A stretch of DNA of 64,000 bases from a bacterium. GTDB lineage: Bacteria; Vulcanimicrobiota; JABDET01. Within the stretch, counting starts at the first letter, position 1; each line of letters starts with the position of its first letter. The notes under the pieces were generated by a model. The model did no database searches and was not told the DNA's origin. It saw only the letters and a list, made by a program, of their open reading frames with translations. The position numbers and the translations under genes were made by a program. Positions 27,415 through 36,554 of this stretch are shown here, one piece after another. The stretch is from assembly GCA_021817145.1 (NCBI GenBank), contig JAKAVV010000013.1, positions 3,141 through 67,140 of the forward strand. Reading direction: 5' to 3'.

Positions 27415-27453
27415 TGTTAACTTTTCATAATCAATTTGTTAAAAACTTGTAAA
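27415..27453. promoter_or_regulatory. OmpR-family (WalR/PhoP-type) direct-repeat box upstream of flgB
   Basis: TGTTAA-aaact-TGTAAA at 27437-27453, plus a further in-phase TGTTAA 22 bp away at 27415. Confidence 0.6.
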
Positions 27454-27547
27454 CATTTTAATTTTTTATAATTTTTTTTAAAAAAGTCTTGACATTTATT
27501 CCGATTGTCGTGAAAAAAGAGTAGAACGAAAGAGGAATATTTATTTT

Positions 27548-27838
27548 ATGGGAACAACCGGGCCTCAACCAATGAATAAAAAAGAGAAAGAATTTGTTGA
27601 CCTGGCAAGTCAACATCTCTCTCTTTTAAAACAAGAGGGAGCAGATTCTCTTCCTCCTGTGGCTGATCATCTGGTTCAAGCCGGGCTAACCTTGGCTCTT
27701 GGTTCAGGGATCGCAAAAGAACCCGAAGCTTTCAACAAAATGAAAGCCGCCATTCAAAAGAAGATCATGACAAACCCAGAATACAGGCAGAAACTCGAAA
27801 AATTTGTCTCTATTCTTGAAAAGTTCGACAAAAAGTAA
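27548..27838 (+). CDS. Small helical orphan protein divergent from flgB
   Basis: 96-aa ORF with a GAGGA RBS and typical codon usage. Confidence 0.6.
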   Translation: MGTTGPQPMNKKEKEFVDLASQHLSLLKQEGADSLPPVADHLVQAGLTLALGSGIAKEPEAFNKMKAAIQKKIMTNPEYRQKLEKFVSILEKFDKK

Positions 27839-28114
27839 GAACTTGACATCCTGTCCGTTCTTGTTCGGAGATGAGGACAGTCATCCTGACTGTCAATCCA
27901 CTCCCGAATAAAGAACTTGACATCCTGTCCGTTCTTGTTCGGAGATGAGGACAGTCATCCTGACTGTCAATCCACTCCCGAATAAAGAACTTGACATCCT
28001 GTCCGTTCTTGTTCGGAGATGAGGACAGTCATCCTGACTGTCAATCCACTCCCGAATAAAGAACTTGACATCCTGTCCGTTCTTGTTCGGAGATGAAGAC
28101 AGTCATCCTGACTG
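27837..28114. repeat. 74-bp tandem repeat (about 3.75 copies) with two hairpins per unit
   Basis: Units start at 27837, 27911, 27985 and 28059 and are identical except for one substitution in the last, partial copy. Hairpins are AAGAAC-tt-GACA(TCC)TGTC-c-GTTCTT and GACAGTCA(TCC)TGACTGTC. Confidence 0.97.
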
Positions 28115-28115
28115 A

Positions 28116-29396
28116 TTATGAAAGAGCAGTTAAGTCATGCCCTTTTCTAGCTTCCTCTAGCATGACATCAGCTAAAAGGTCCCAGCTGCCGAAGTTTTGA
28201 GCGAATAAAGGCTCCCCTGTCCGCGAATCATAATTTTCATGAGCGCCTCCTGTTTTTCGAATATCTGCTGCCACCAGTTTGACCATTTTTCCCGCAATTT
28301 CCTCAGCCTGTTTGTGATAACGATAAGATTCAAGCCCAATCATGGCAAGATAGTTAGCCACAACCCAGACAGGACCCTGCCAGTTTGAAACCGTATGATA
28401 CCCTGGGATCAAGACTCGTTTAGCATTATTGTAAGTTTCTTCATCAAAAGCCAGAGAGGGAATTCCATGTTTTCCCCAAAACTCTTCTGGATTCAACAAA
28501 TGGTTATCCACCATCTGTTTTGCCTGCTCTGAGCTGGAAATCCCTGCCCATAAAGGCAAAAAACAAGTCCAATCCTTAATTCGAATTGGGTTTCCTGTTC
28601 TGGAATCAAGGCTGTAGTACAGATTATCTTTTTTGTCCCACATTTTTTCATTGATCAATTTTCCGAGGTTTTCTGATTTCTCGCGATACTTTTCAGCCTC
28701 CTCAACTTTTCCAAGCTTTTCAGAAATCAATCCCATGGCTTTATATTCTCTAACCAGATAGCAGTTTAAATCCACTCCTTCCACTGACATTGGGGGGGCG
28801 CTTAAAACAGTTACCGTATCATCTGCTCCTGTCTCAACCGCTCTTCTCCAGACAAAAAGCCCATCTGGTTTGCGGCGGTGGGTTTCCCAATAATTTAACG
28901 TTGAGGCAAGCTTGTTAAAAACTTCAGGGGTTATCCAGGAAAAATCGCCGTCAGTTTTTGAAGCTAGATAAGCTCCTTGGGCTAAAAAAGGTTTGCATTG
29001 ATCAGGGTAATCTGAATACCGTGTCGGAGAGATGGTTCTTGGAGTATATCCATCGGGTTTTGTTTGGGCTAAGAAATTTAAAATACATCCTTTCCAGAGG
29101 TCGGTTTTTCCATCAACGCCAAGTCTGATCCCGACAAAAAAAGTGTCCCAGTCATACATTTCAAGGTAGGTCCCTTTCAACCTATCTGCCGGATCATTTT
29201 GGGCAGGAGCGCTTGGAATGACATAAGGGTGAGGAAGCCGTCCTGCAGGAGGGCGGACCATTTTTTCAAAAGAATCCTTAACATAATGGTGAATCACTTT
29301 CTGGTCGCTGCTGAGAGAAGAAGTCATTCTCTGAGAAGATGTGACTGCTGTTTTCAGAGTAGGAGCGACATTCATGCTTATACTGCCAGTACTCAT
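28116..29396 (-). CDS. (alpha/alpha)6-barrel glycoside hydrolase (GH63/MGH1-like or trehalase-like) with a Ser/Thr-rich N-terminal extension
   Basis: MYDWDTFF, ETGADD, NWQGPVW and HENYD motifs. Confidence 0.8.
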   Translation of the reverse strand: MSTGSISMNVAPTLKTAVTSSQRMTSSLSSDQKVIHHYVKDSFEKMVRPPAGRLPHPYVIPSAPAQNDPADRLKGTYLEMYDWDTFFVGIRLGVDGKTDLWKGCILNFLAQTKPDGYTPRTISPTRYSDYPDQCKPFLAQGAYLASKTDGDFSWITPEVFNKLASTLNYWETHRRKPDGLFVWRRAVETGADDTVTVLSAPPMSVEGVDLNCYLVREYKAMGLISEKLGKVEEAEKYREKSENLGKLINEKMWDKKDNLYYSLDSRTGNPIRIKDWTCFLPLWAGISSSEQAKQMVDNHLLNPEEFWGKHGIPSLAFDEETYNNAKRVLIPGYHTVSNWQGPVWVVANYLAMIGLESYRYHKQAEEIAGKMVKLVAADIRKTGGAHENYDSRTGEPLFAQNFGSWDLLADVMLEEARKGHDLTALS

Positions 29397-29442
29397 AAAT
29401 CCATGATACCAGAGAAAAAATGCCAAGGGAATAAAAAAAATG

Positions 29443-30477
29443 TTAAAAATTCAATATCTGTTGATACAGGGCATCCGGGTTTTTTCTGTAAATTTGCCTT
29501 TCTTCTGCAGTGGAATCGCGCAGTAGATAATACAAAGTCTGAAGAGCAGGCATTGAGATTCCATAAGATTTCCCTTTCTCTACAAGAGGACCGTAAAGAA
29601 AAGGGGCTTCTGTATCTTTCTTTCCTTTTAACAAATCAAAATAAAGAGAGGGAAGTTTTTCTCCTCTTCCTCTGACCGCTTTCTTCCTGAAAAGAAAGCG
29701 CAGAACAGGTTCTGAAAGATGCTTGATCCCCCAAAAATAAAGAGGCACAGGCTGAAAAGGGAGTAAAACAGGTTTTATTCCGGATGTCTCCATCACTGAA
29801 ATCGTTTCCACAAGCGCCAATCTTTCGATTTTAAACCCTGAATGGCTTAAAAAAACTTCTTGGGGGGTCATCTCAAGGATCGCGCATGTTCCATTCCCAA
29901 TAAGATTTAAAAAAAGTTTTGACCACTTCATCCCCACCCAATCCTTGCAGACTCTAATTTTGATTCCTGCTCTCTGAAACAAGTCTGTCCACTGCTGTAG
30001 AGATTGATTTGGATCCAGTGGAGCAAGAGCCAATCCTCCCCTATTTTCAGCTTTGACGACTCCTGGGGATCCCATTGAACAGGCTGTTGTCAGAGATCCC
30101 GCCGTAATTTTCTTTTTTTCCACAAATCCGACAAGAATCTCTTCATTTCCAACCCCGTTTTGGACAGCGCAAAAATGAAAAATCTTATCAAGAAAAGGGG
30201 ACAATTCTAAAAGAAGAGAACGTGTTGAAAAGCCTTTCACCGTGAGCAAGCATAAATCAAAAGCAGAACAAACCGAAAAAAGAGACTGAACAGCTTGGAA
30301 AGCAGAAACTCTTCCCTGCTTTACAACTCCATTCTCAATAATTGAAAAACCCTGGTGATTGACAAGATCGCAGTATTCTTTATTCCGACTTAAAAAAACA
30401 ACTTCATGACCTGAAAGAGAAAACTTCCCTCCAAGGTAAGTTCCAACAGCCCCTGAGCCTGCAATTAAAATCCTCAA
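29443..30477 (-). CDS. panE: Ketopantoate reductase family protein
   Basis: GSGAVG Rossmann motif, QNGVGNEE, KWSKLFLN and PSLYFDL. Confidence 0.85.
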   Translation of the reverse strand: MRILIAGSGAVGTYLGGKFSLSGHEVVFLSRNKEYCDLVNHQGFSIIENGVVKQGRVSAFQAVQSLFSVCSAFDLCLLTVKGFSTRSLLLELSPFLDKIFHFCAVQNGVGNEEILVGFVEKKKITAGSLTTACSMGSPGVVKAENRGGLALAPLDPNQSLQQWTDLFQRAGIKIRVCKDWVGMKWSKLFLNLIGNGTCAILEMTPQEVFLSHSGFKIERLALVETISVMETSGIKPVLLPFQPVPLYFWGIKHLSEPVLRFLFRKKAVRGRGEKLPSLYFDLLKGKKDTEAPFLYGPLVEKGKSYGISMPALQTLYYLLRDSTAEERQIYRKNPDALYQQILNF

Positions 30478-30524
30478 AATCTACTTACAACCCTATGGAC
30501 AACTCTATCAACAACAGAAGCTCG

Positions 30525-30553
30525 AAAGAAAACAGAGAGGGCAAATCCTCTCT
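30525..30553 (-). terminator. Rho-independent terminator after the HU gene
   Basis: Minus strand reads AGAGAGG-atttgc-CCTCTCT followed by GTTTTCTTT. Confidence 0.7.
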
Positions 30554-30589
30554 ATTATTCTTCTTTGAAGCAGAACTTAAAATGGTAAT

Positions 30590-30913
30590 TTATCGAACAG
30601 CTTGTTTTAACGCTTTTCCAGGGCGGAAAGCAGGAACTTTTCTAGCTCGAATAGTTATTTTTGCCCCTGTTCTTGGATTTCTTCCTGTTCTGGCGGCTCT
30701 ATGTCGAACTTCAAAACTGCCAAAAGGAATCAACTGAACCTTCTGCCCTTGTTTGAGCATTTGTTTAACTGTGTCCAAAAAAGAATTTAACGTTTTTTCC
30801 GTCTCTCTTTTAGACAACTTTGTTTTTTTCGAAATCTGTTCAATAAGAGCGGATTTCGTAAGAGGCCTGTTTGTGTTTCTGGTCTTTGCTTTAACAGCCA
30901 TCGCTTTTTTCAC
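30590..30913 (-). CDS. hup: HU/IHF-family DNA-binding protein
   Basis: FGSFEVRHRAARTGRNPRTG and VPAFRPGKALK. Confidence 0.95.
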   Translation of the reverse strand: MKKAMAVKAKTRNTNRPLTKSALIEQISKKTKLSKRETEKTLNSFLDTVKQMLKQGQKVQLIPFGSFEVRHRAARTGRNPRTGAKITIRARKVPAFRPGKALKQAVR

Positions 30914-31063
30914 TCCTTTCTTTGGAACTTTTTGAGTTTATTTAGGTCTTATTCAAGCAGACTCTTCCAAATCCCTTTAAATTCCTGTGGGTAACCGCAA
31001 TTTCGACGCCTGAGGAAGTTTCGCGTAAAGGAAGTTTGACTAAAAAAGTGAAACGCAAACCCA

Positions 31064-31867
31064 GTGAAAGTTCACACTTTAATATGCAAGAAGTCAATAA
31101 ACGGAATCGGGCTTCATACAGGAGCTTTCTCCGAGATCCAGTTTATTCCATCAGAAAAAAAAGGGATCCGATTTTGGAAAAATGACATCTGTATTCCTGT
31201 AAGCCCAAAATTTGTCATTGAAACAAAAAGAGGAGTCGTTTTAGGAAAGGATGGGGGGAAAATTCAAACGGTTGAGCACCTTTTAGCAGCCATTCGCTGG
31301 CTGGGAATAAGCAGCCTGGAAATTCAAGTAAATGGAGATGAGATTCCAATTCTGGATGGAAGTTCAGCGGGATGGATCAAGCTTTTAGAGCCATGCAGAA
31401 AGGAAACCCCTGAAGAGTTCGATGAACTCCCCCTTAAAAAGCCAATTCTTATCCAGGAAAAAGATGCTTATATCAAAGCAGCTCCTTCTACTTCATTCTC
31501 AATTCAATACACGATTGATTTTCCAGCGCCTATTGGGACACAAACCTGGAAAGGAAAAATCTCGTCGGACCTATTTAAAAACGATATCGCTCCTGCTCGA
31601 ACTTTTGGGTTTGCGGAAGAACTGGAATCTCTTCGGGAAAAAGGGCTGGCAGTGGGAGGGAATTTAGAGAATTGTGTCGTAATAAAAAGAGGTTTGATGA
31701 TAACACCTCTGCGCTTTAAAAATGAACCTGTTCGGCATAAGGTTTTGGATTTGCTTGGAGACCTTTCCCTTCTCTCCTGGATTCCAGTGGGAAAGTTTGA
31801 AGTTTTTAAGGGGGGGCATTTTCTGCATACCCTGATGTCAAAAGCGCTGGCGGATCAAGCATTGTGA
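31064..31867 (+). CDS. lpxC: UDP-3-O-acyl-GlcNAc deacetylase
   Basis: GIGLHTG, TVEHLLAA, IAPARTFGF and RHKVLDLLGDL. Confidence 0.95.
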   Translation: MKVHTLICKKSINGIGLHTGAFSEIQFIPSEKKGIRFWKNDICIPVSPKFVIETKRGVVLGKDGGKIQTVEHLLAAIRWLGISSLEIQVNGDEIPILDGSSAGWIKLLEPCRKETPEEFDELPLKKPILIQEKDAYIKAAPSTSFSIQYTIDFPAPIGTQTWKGKISSDLFKNDIAPARTFGFAEELESLREKGLAVGGNLENCVVIKRGLMITPLRFKNEPVRHKVLDLLGDLSLLSWIPVGKFEVFKGGHFLHTLMSKALADQAL

Positions 31868-32268
31868 GTTACCCTTTTACTTTTGTTGACAAAATTCTAC
31901 ATGAGGAAGAGGGAAAAATTGTCGGACTAAAGTGTGTTTCTTTCAGTGAGGCTTTTTTCAGCGGACACTTTCCCGGAAAGCCAGTAATGCCAGGGGTTTT
32001 AATTTTAGAAGGAATGCTCCAAACAGCAGAAATCCTCATTGAAAAGAAAATTGACAAAACCAAGATCCCAGTCTTAACTGGTTTTGAAAAAATAAGATTT
32101 AAGAAGCCTGTCTTACCTGGAGACAAAATCTATTATGAGATCGAGCTTTTAGACTGGGATGGAAAAACAGGAAAAATAAAAGCAGAAGCAAAAGTGGGGA
32201 ATGAAATTATGACTTCTGGATTTTTAACCTTAACCATTAAAGAAAAAATTGAAGCAATTTTGCAATAG
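31864..32268 (+). CDS. fabZ: 3-hydroxyacyl-ACP dehydratase
   Basis: YPFTFVD and FFSGHFPGKPVMPGVLILE. Confidence 0.92.
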   Translation: MSYPFTFVDKILHEEEGKIVGLKCVSFSEAFFSGHFPGKPVMPGVLILEGMLQTAEILIEKKIDKTKIPVLTGFEKIRFKKPVLPGDKIYYEIELLDWDGKTGKIKAEAKVGNEIMTSGFLTLTIKEKIEAILQ

Positions 32269-32279
32269 GAGGCATTGAA

Positions 32280-33284
32280 TTGACCGCAATTAAAGCAGCA
32301 GTTGTTGGAGTGGGACACATGGGGCGTCATCATGCCCGTATTTATTCTGAAATGCCTGGAGTAGAACTGACAGCAGTGGTGGACACGAACGAACTCGCTG
32401 CTCGAGACATCGCAAAAAAATACAACACGCAGCATTTTTTAGATTACCATTCACTGATTGGCAAGGTAGATGCCGTAAGCATTGCCACACCGACTTCTTT
32501 TCATTATCCGATCTCTATGGCATTACTGAATGCGGGAATTCATGTCTTGATTGAAAAACCGATCTCCTCAACTGTTAAAGAAGCTAAAACCTTGGTCCAG
32601 TTAGCAAAAATGAAAAACCTTATTTTACAGGTAGGCCATACAGAGAGATTTAATCCCGCCGTCATGTCGCTTAATGGTCTGGTAAAAAATCCGATTTTTA
32701 TTGAAACGCATCGAATGGGACCGCCAACCCGCAGGAATCTGGATGTTGGAGTTGTTTTTGAACTCATGATCCATGATATTGATATCCTCTTAAATCTGGT
32801 TCATTCTCCAATTGTAAAAATGCAGGGGTTCGGATTAAAAATATACTCCAATCACGAAGATATCGCTCAAGCTCAAATTCTTTTTGAAAACGGCTGCATG
32901 GCAAGCCTTTCAGCCAGTCGAATTAGTTCTGAAAAAGTAAGAAATCTTGAAATAACGCAAGAGGAAGGATTTCTGCGTCTGGATTACATAGAGCAGAATA
33001 TCATTCTGAGAAAACAAGTTTCCAGCAAATATATTTTTGATCAACCTAAAGCCACTTACAAAAGCGAGTTTCTCCTAGAACAGCCATTAATCCGCAAAGA
33101 TGAACCGCTCAGGCTGGAAATCGAACATTTTGTTGAGTGTCTGAGAGAACAAAAGCAGCCTGTTGTTTCTGGAGAGGATGGAAAAGCAGCCCTTGAGATC
33201 GGCAACCGAATTCTCGACAGTCTTATTCTAGTAAAAGCGGATGACAATCAGATGACACGAGAACTAATTGCTATGAGCCAATGA
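32280..33284 (+). CDS. Gfo/Idh/MocA oxidoreductase (GnnA-like UDP-GlcNAc 3-dehydrogenase candidate)
   Basis: GVGHMGRHHAR, EKP, VGHTERFNPA and LMIHDID; located between fabZ and lpxA. Confidence 0.8.
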   Translation: MTAIKAAVVGVGHMGRHHARIYSEMPGVELTAVVDTNELAARDIAKKYNTQHFLDYHSLIGKVDAVSIATPTSFHYPISMALLNAGIHVLIEKPISSTVKEAKTLVQLAKMKNLILQVGHTERFNPAVMSLNGLVKNPIFIETHRMGPPTRRNLDVGVVFELMIHDIDILLNLVHSPIVKMQGFGLKIYSNHEDIAQAQILFENGCMASLSASRISSEKVRNLEITQEEGFLRLDYIEQNIILRKQVSSKYIFDQPKATYKSEFLLEQPLIRKDEPLRLEIEHFVECLREQKQPVVSGEDGKAALEIGNRILDSLILVKADDNQMTRELIAMSQ

Positions 33285-34123
33285 AAACTCACCCTACCTC
33301 TATTATTGATCCGACAGCCGAAATCGCTGAATCGGTTGTTATTGGTCCTTACTGCGTTATTGGAAAGAAAGTTAAAATTGGAGAAAAGACTGTTCTCCAC
33401 AGCCATGTGATTCTTGAAGAAGATACAATCATCGGAGAAAAGAACGAAATATTCCCGGGGGTTGTCATAGGAGCCCAACCTCAAGATTTAAGCTGGAAAA
33501 GAGAAGAATCAAAAGTAATCATTGGGAATGGCAACCTCATTCGCGAATACGTGACCATTCATAGAGGAAGCGGAGGGAAAAATACCTGTATTGGAAATGA
33601 AAACTATTTAATGGCTTATGTGCATGCGGGCCATAATGTCATGATAGGAAATGGGTGCATTATTGCCAATGCTGTCGGATTAGCTGGTTATGCGGAACTA
33701 GAAGACAAAGTCGTAGTAGGAGCTATGGCAGGAATTCACCAGTTTGTGAGAATTGGAACCATGGCTATGGTTGGCGGGTACTCCAAAAATGTAAAAGATG
33801 TGCCGCCTTACGTAAAGGTGGACGGAATCCCAGCCAGGGCTTTTGGCTTGAATCTTATTGCTTTAAAGCGAAATGAAATCCCTTCAGAACATCGAGAAAT
33901 TCTGAAAAAAGCGTATTATCTCGTCTATCGCTCGCGCCATAATCTTTCTCAGGCAATTAAAGCCATCGAAAATGAAGTCACTCTAATTCCTGAAATTCAA
34001 AAGTTTCTGCGGTTTTTGAGCAGCCCTTCAAAACAAGGAATTTTAAATCGGGAAGCTGCTCACAGCGAGATATCCGAAAACGGGAATGGAGCAAAACTGT
34101 TAGAAGTTGAAACTGCTCATTAG
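33281..34123 (+). CDS. lpxA: Acyl-ACP:UDP-GlcNAc acyltransferase
   Basis: Hexapeptide repeats, PQDL, IREYVTIHRG, HQFVRIG and KDVPPY. Confidence 0.93.
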   Translation: MKTHPTSIIDPTAEIAESVVIGPYCVIGKKVKIGEKTVLHSHVILEEDTIIGEKNEIFPGVVIGAQPQDLSWKREESKVIIGNGNLIREYVTIHRGSGGKNTCIGNENYLMAYVHAGHNVMIGNGCIIANAVGLAGYAELEDKVVVGAMAGIHQFVRIGTMAMVGGYSKNVKDVPPYVKVDGIPARAFGLNLIALKRNEIPSEHREILKKAYYLVYRSRHNLSQAIKAIENEVTLIPEIQKFLRFLSSPSKQGILNREAAHSEISENGNGAKLLEVETAH

Positions 34124-35249
34124 CGCAGGGGATCTTTCTGGCGATTTTCACGGAAGCCTGCTGATTAAAGCTTTTCAAAAAAGAGAACCTAATATCGCTT
34201 TTGCGGTTATTGGCGGAGAACGATTAAAAGAATCAGGAGGAGAACTTTTAGCGGACAGTTCTTCATGGAGTTCTGTCGGAATCTTTGATTCCATAAAAAA
34301 AGCCCCTTCTGTTCTCCTTGCTTATCAGCTCCTTAAAAGAAAATTGAAATCCATAAAACTGGATGCTGCCATCCTTATTGACTGTCCTGCTTTTAATCTT
34401 CCATTAGCCCGATTTTTGTTTAAAAGTGGGGTTCCCTGTTACTACTTTTTCCCTCCATCTTCGTGGAAAAAAGACTTGAATCGAGCAAAACAGGTTGGGA
34501 AATGGATTAAATTAGTCATTGCCCCATTTCAAGAGACAGCATCTCTTTACAAGAAAGCTGGAATTCCAGTTTTCTTTTCAGGTCATCCTCTTATAGATAT
34601 CATCCCTGACATAAAACTAAATTCTACGATGCAGATTTTTAAAAAATTAAATTTAGACCCTGAAAAACCTGTCATAGGGCTTTTTCCTGGAAGTCGCGAT
34701 CAAGAGATTCACTATCTTCTTCCTGTTCTGCTGAAAACAGCGAAAAACCTTATAAAAAAACATCCTGATCTTCAATTTGCGCTTCCTGCCGCCTCTAAGA
34801 ATTTAAAGCGGCAAATTCTTTCGCAGATCGCAAAATTCAATCTCCCTCTTGTCGCAGCAGAAAATTCAAATTATGATATTTTGCGCATTTCAAAAGTTTT
34901 AATCCTGGCATCCGGAACCGCAACTTTAGAAGCAGCTCTTTACGAAAAGCCGATGATCATCATTTATAAACTCTCCCCTTTAACATGGAAACTGCAAAAA
35001 CCTTTTCTGAGAGGAGCTTCTTTTGCTGGACTTCCCAATCTCCTGGCAGGAAAAAGAATCGTCCCTGAGCTCATTCAAGACAGCGCAAATTCTGAAAATA
35101 TCTTCAATGAAATGAATAAAATATTAACAGATGAAAGTTATGCTGCAGCCATGAAAAAAGAGCTTCGCCAAATCCGCTCCTATTTAGGAACTCCAGGAGT
35201 CATGGAAAGAGTGGCAAATCTAATCTTGGAAACCTTAAGCCATGCGTGA
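34107..35249 (+). CDS. lpxB: Lipid A disaccharide synthase
   Basis: AGDLSGDFHG, IDCPAFN, GHPL, FPGSRDQEI, SGTATLE and LPNLLAG..IVPELIQ. Confidence 0.93.
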   Translation: MKLLISAGDLSGDFHGSLLIKAFQKREPNIAFAVIGGERLKESGGELLADSSSWSSVGIFDSIKKAPSVLLAYQLLKRKLKSIKLDAAILIDCPAFNLPLARFLFKSGVPCYYFFPPSSWKKDLNRAKQVGKWIKLVIAPFQETASLYKKAGIPVFFSGHPLIDIIPDIKLNSTMQIFKKLNLDPEKPVIGLFPGSRDQEIHYLLPVLLKTAKNLIKKHPDLQFALPAASKNLKRQILSQIAKFNLPLVAAENSNYDILRISKVLILASGTATLEAALYEKPMIIIYKLSPLTWKLQKPFLRGASFAGLPNLLAGKRIVPELIQDSANSENIFNEMNKILTDESYAAAMKKELRQIRSYLGTPGVMERVANLILETLSHA

Positions 35250-35829
35250 GTTCTTGTTTCGATATAGAGGTTATACTATGGCTCCATTTGGGTTTTTTCT
35301 TTTAATTTTTGGAAAACCTGATATTGAAAGCTTTTTTTTGGGGCTTGGACTCTGTGTTTTAGGAGAACTGCTTCGAATCTGGGGGGTTGGGTATGCGGGA
35401 GCCTCAACTCGAAAAAGTTATCTTGAAGCAAAAAAACTCATCACTGCAGGACCTTTCCGTTATGTTAGACACCCTCTTTATCTTGGAAATGCGCTGATTG
35501 GTTTAGGAGGAACCATCATGGCTGTTGGAAGATATTCAGGGGGAAGCAGGGGGATTTTTTTTCTGATATGGCTTATTTTTTATGGTTCAGTCTATGCAAG
35601 TTTAATTTCTCTGGAAGAAGAGTTCTTAAAAAAAGAGTTTGGAGAAGTTTACCTTCAATATCGCCAGACTGTCCCCCCTATTTTACCGACTTTTATCTCT
35701 TTTCCCGCGCCGTCGGGAAAGTATGATTGGAATAAAGCCTGGAGCACTGAAATTCACACACTTGCGCCTCTTCTTGCGGTTATCCTCATCATGTTTATTA
35801 AAATCCATCTCTCATTCCCCCTGCCATGA
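35242..35829 (+). CDS. Isoprenylcysteine-carboxyl-methyltransferase family membrane protein (LmtA-like candidate)
   Basis: LITAGPFRYVRHPLYLG and EEEFL...FG..Y..Y...VP. Confidence 0.8.
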   Translation: MREFLFRYRGYTMAPFGFFLLIFGKPDIESFFLGLGLCVLGELLRIWGVGYAGASTRKSYLEAKKLITAGPFRYVRHPLYLGNALIGLGGTIMAVGRYSGGSRGIFFLIWLIFYGSVYASLISLEEEFLKKEFGEVYLQYRQTVPPILPTFISFPAPSGKYDWNKAWSTEIHTLAPLLAVILIMFIKIHLSFPLP

Positions 35830-36554
35830 AACTCCATATTATCCACACCAATGATCTGCACAATCATTTTCCAGAAAAAATTATTCACCAGATCCTGCAA
35901 AAAGATTCCCTCCTCTTTGACTCAGGAGATGCGATTCAAGGAAGCAATTTGATTTATCACTTCAAAGAACCCATTCTGCATAAAATGAAAAAAATGGGAT
36001 ATACTGCGATGGCAATGGGAAACAGAGAATTTCATTATCTTCGCGGCTGTTTGAAAAAACGATTTCAAGAATCTTCCTTTCCTATTCTTGCCGCCAATCT
36101 TCTGGATTTAACAGGGAAAACAAAAATGCAAGATTCATTTATCTATCAGAAGAACGGAATTAAAATCGGAATTTTCGGATTAACTGTTCCACAGTATCCT
36201 GTTGGCTCCAAATGGGAAAAAGTAACAGGATGGAGGTTTCTTCCTGCTGTCGAATCCACTAAAAAAACGGTTAAAGCTCTGTATGATGCCAAAGTTGATC
36301 TCGTGGTATGTTTGTCCCATTCAGGATTTTCCACTGACTGCGCATTGGCTGAACAGGTTCCTGGGATTGATCTTATTTTAGGCGGTCACAGCCATACGGT
36401 TTTAAAAGAACCCCAACTTGTTCGCAGCTCCATTATTCTTCAAACAGGTTCACACGGGAGATTTATTGGCAGCTGGAATTTATCTTCAGACAGGCAGAAT
36501 GGGAAATACGAACCATGGAAAATTGAAGGGGGTCTTATTTCTGGGATTATATGA
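35826..36554 (+). CDS. Calcineurin-like metallophosphoesterase (5'-nucleotidase N-terminal domain only)
   Basis: HTNDLH, DSGD, GNREF, LSHSG and GGHSH; no C-terminal nucleotidase domain. Confidence 0.8.
   Translation: MKLHIIHTNDLHNHFPEKIIHQILQKDSLLFDSGDAIQGSNLIYHFKEPILHKMKKMGYTAMAMGNREFHYLRGCLKKRFQESSFPILAANLLDLTGKTKMQDSFIYQKNGIKIGIFGLTVPQYPVGSKWEKVTGWRFLPAVESTKKTVKALYDAKVDLVVCLSHSGFSTDCALAEQVPGIDLILGGHSHTVLKEPQLVRSSIILQTGSHGRFIGSWNLSSDRQNGKYEPWKIEGGLISGII

Noticed and set aside
27837-28114. CRISPR array
   Set aside because: The units are identical head to tail with no unique spacers, and no cas genes are in the window.
29199-29675. 158-aa plus-strand ORF
   Set aside because: Antisense to panE and the glycoside hydrolase; no motif.
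31030-31090. c-di-GMP-I riboswitch (GCAAACC..GAAA)
   Set aside because: The downstream GACGCAAAG and P2 elements are missing, and the stretch overlaps the lpxC start.
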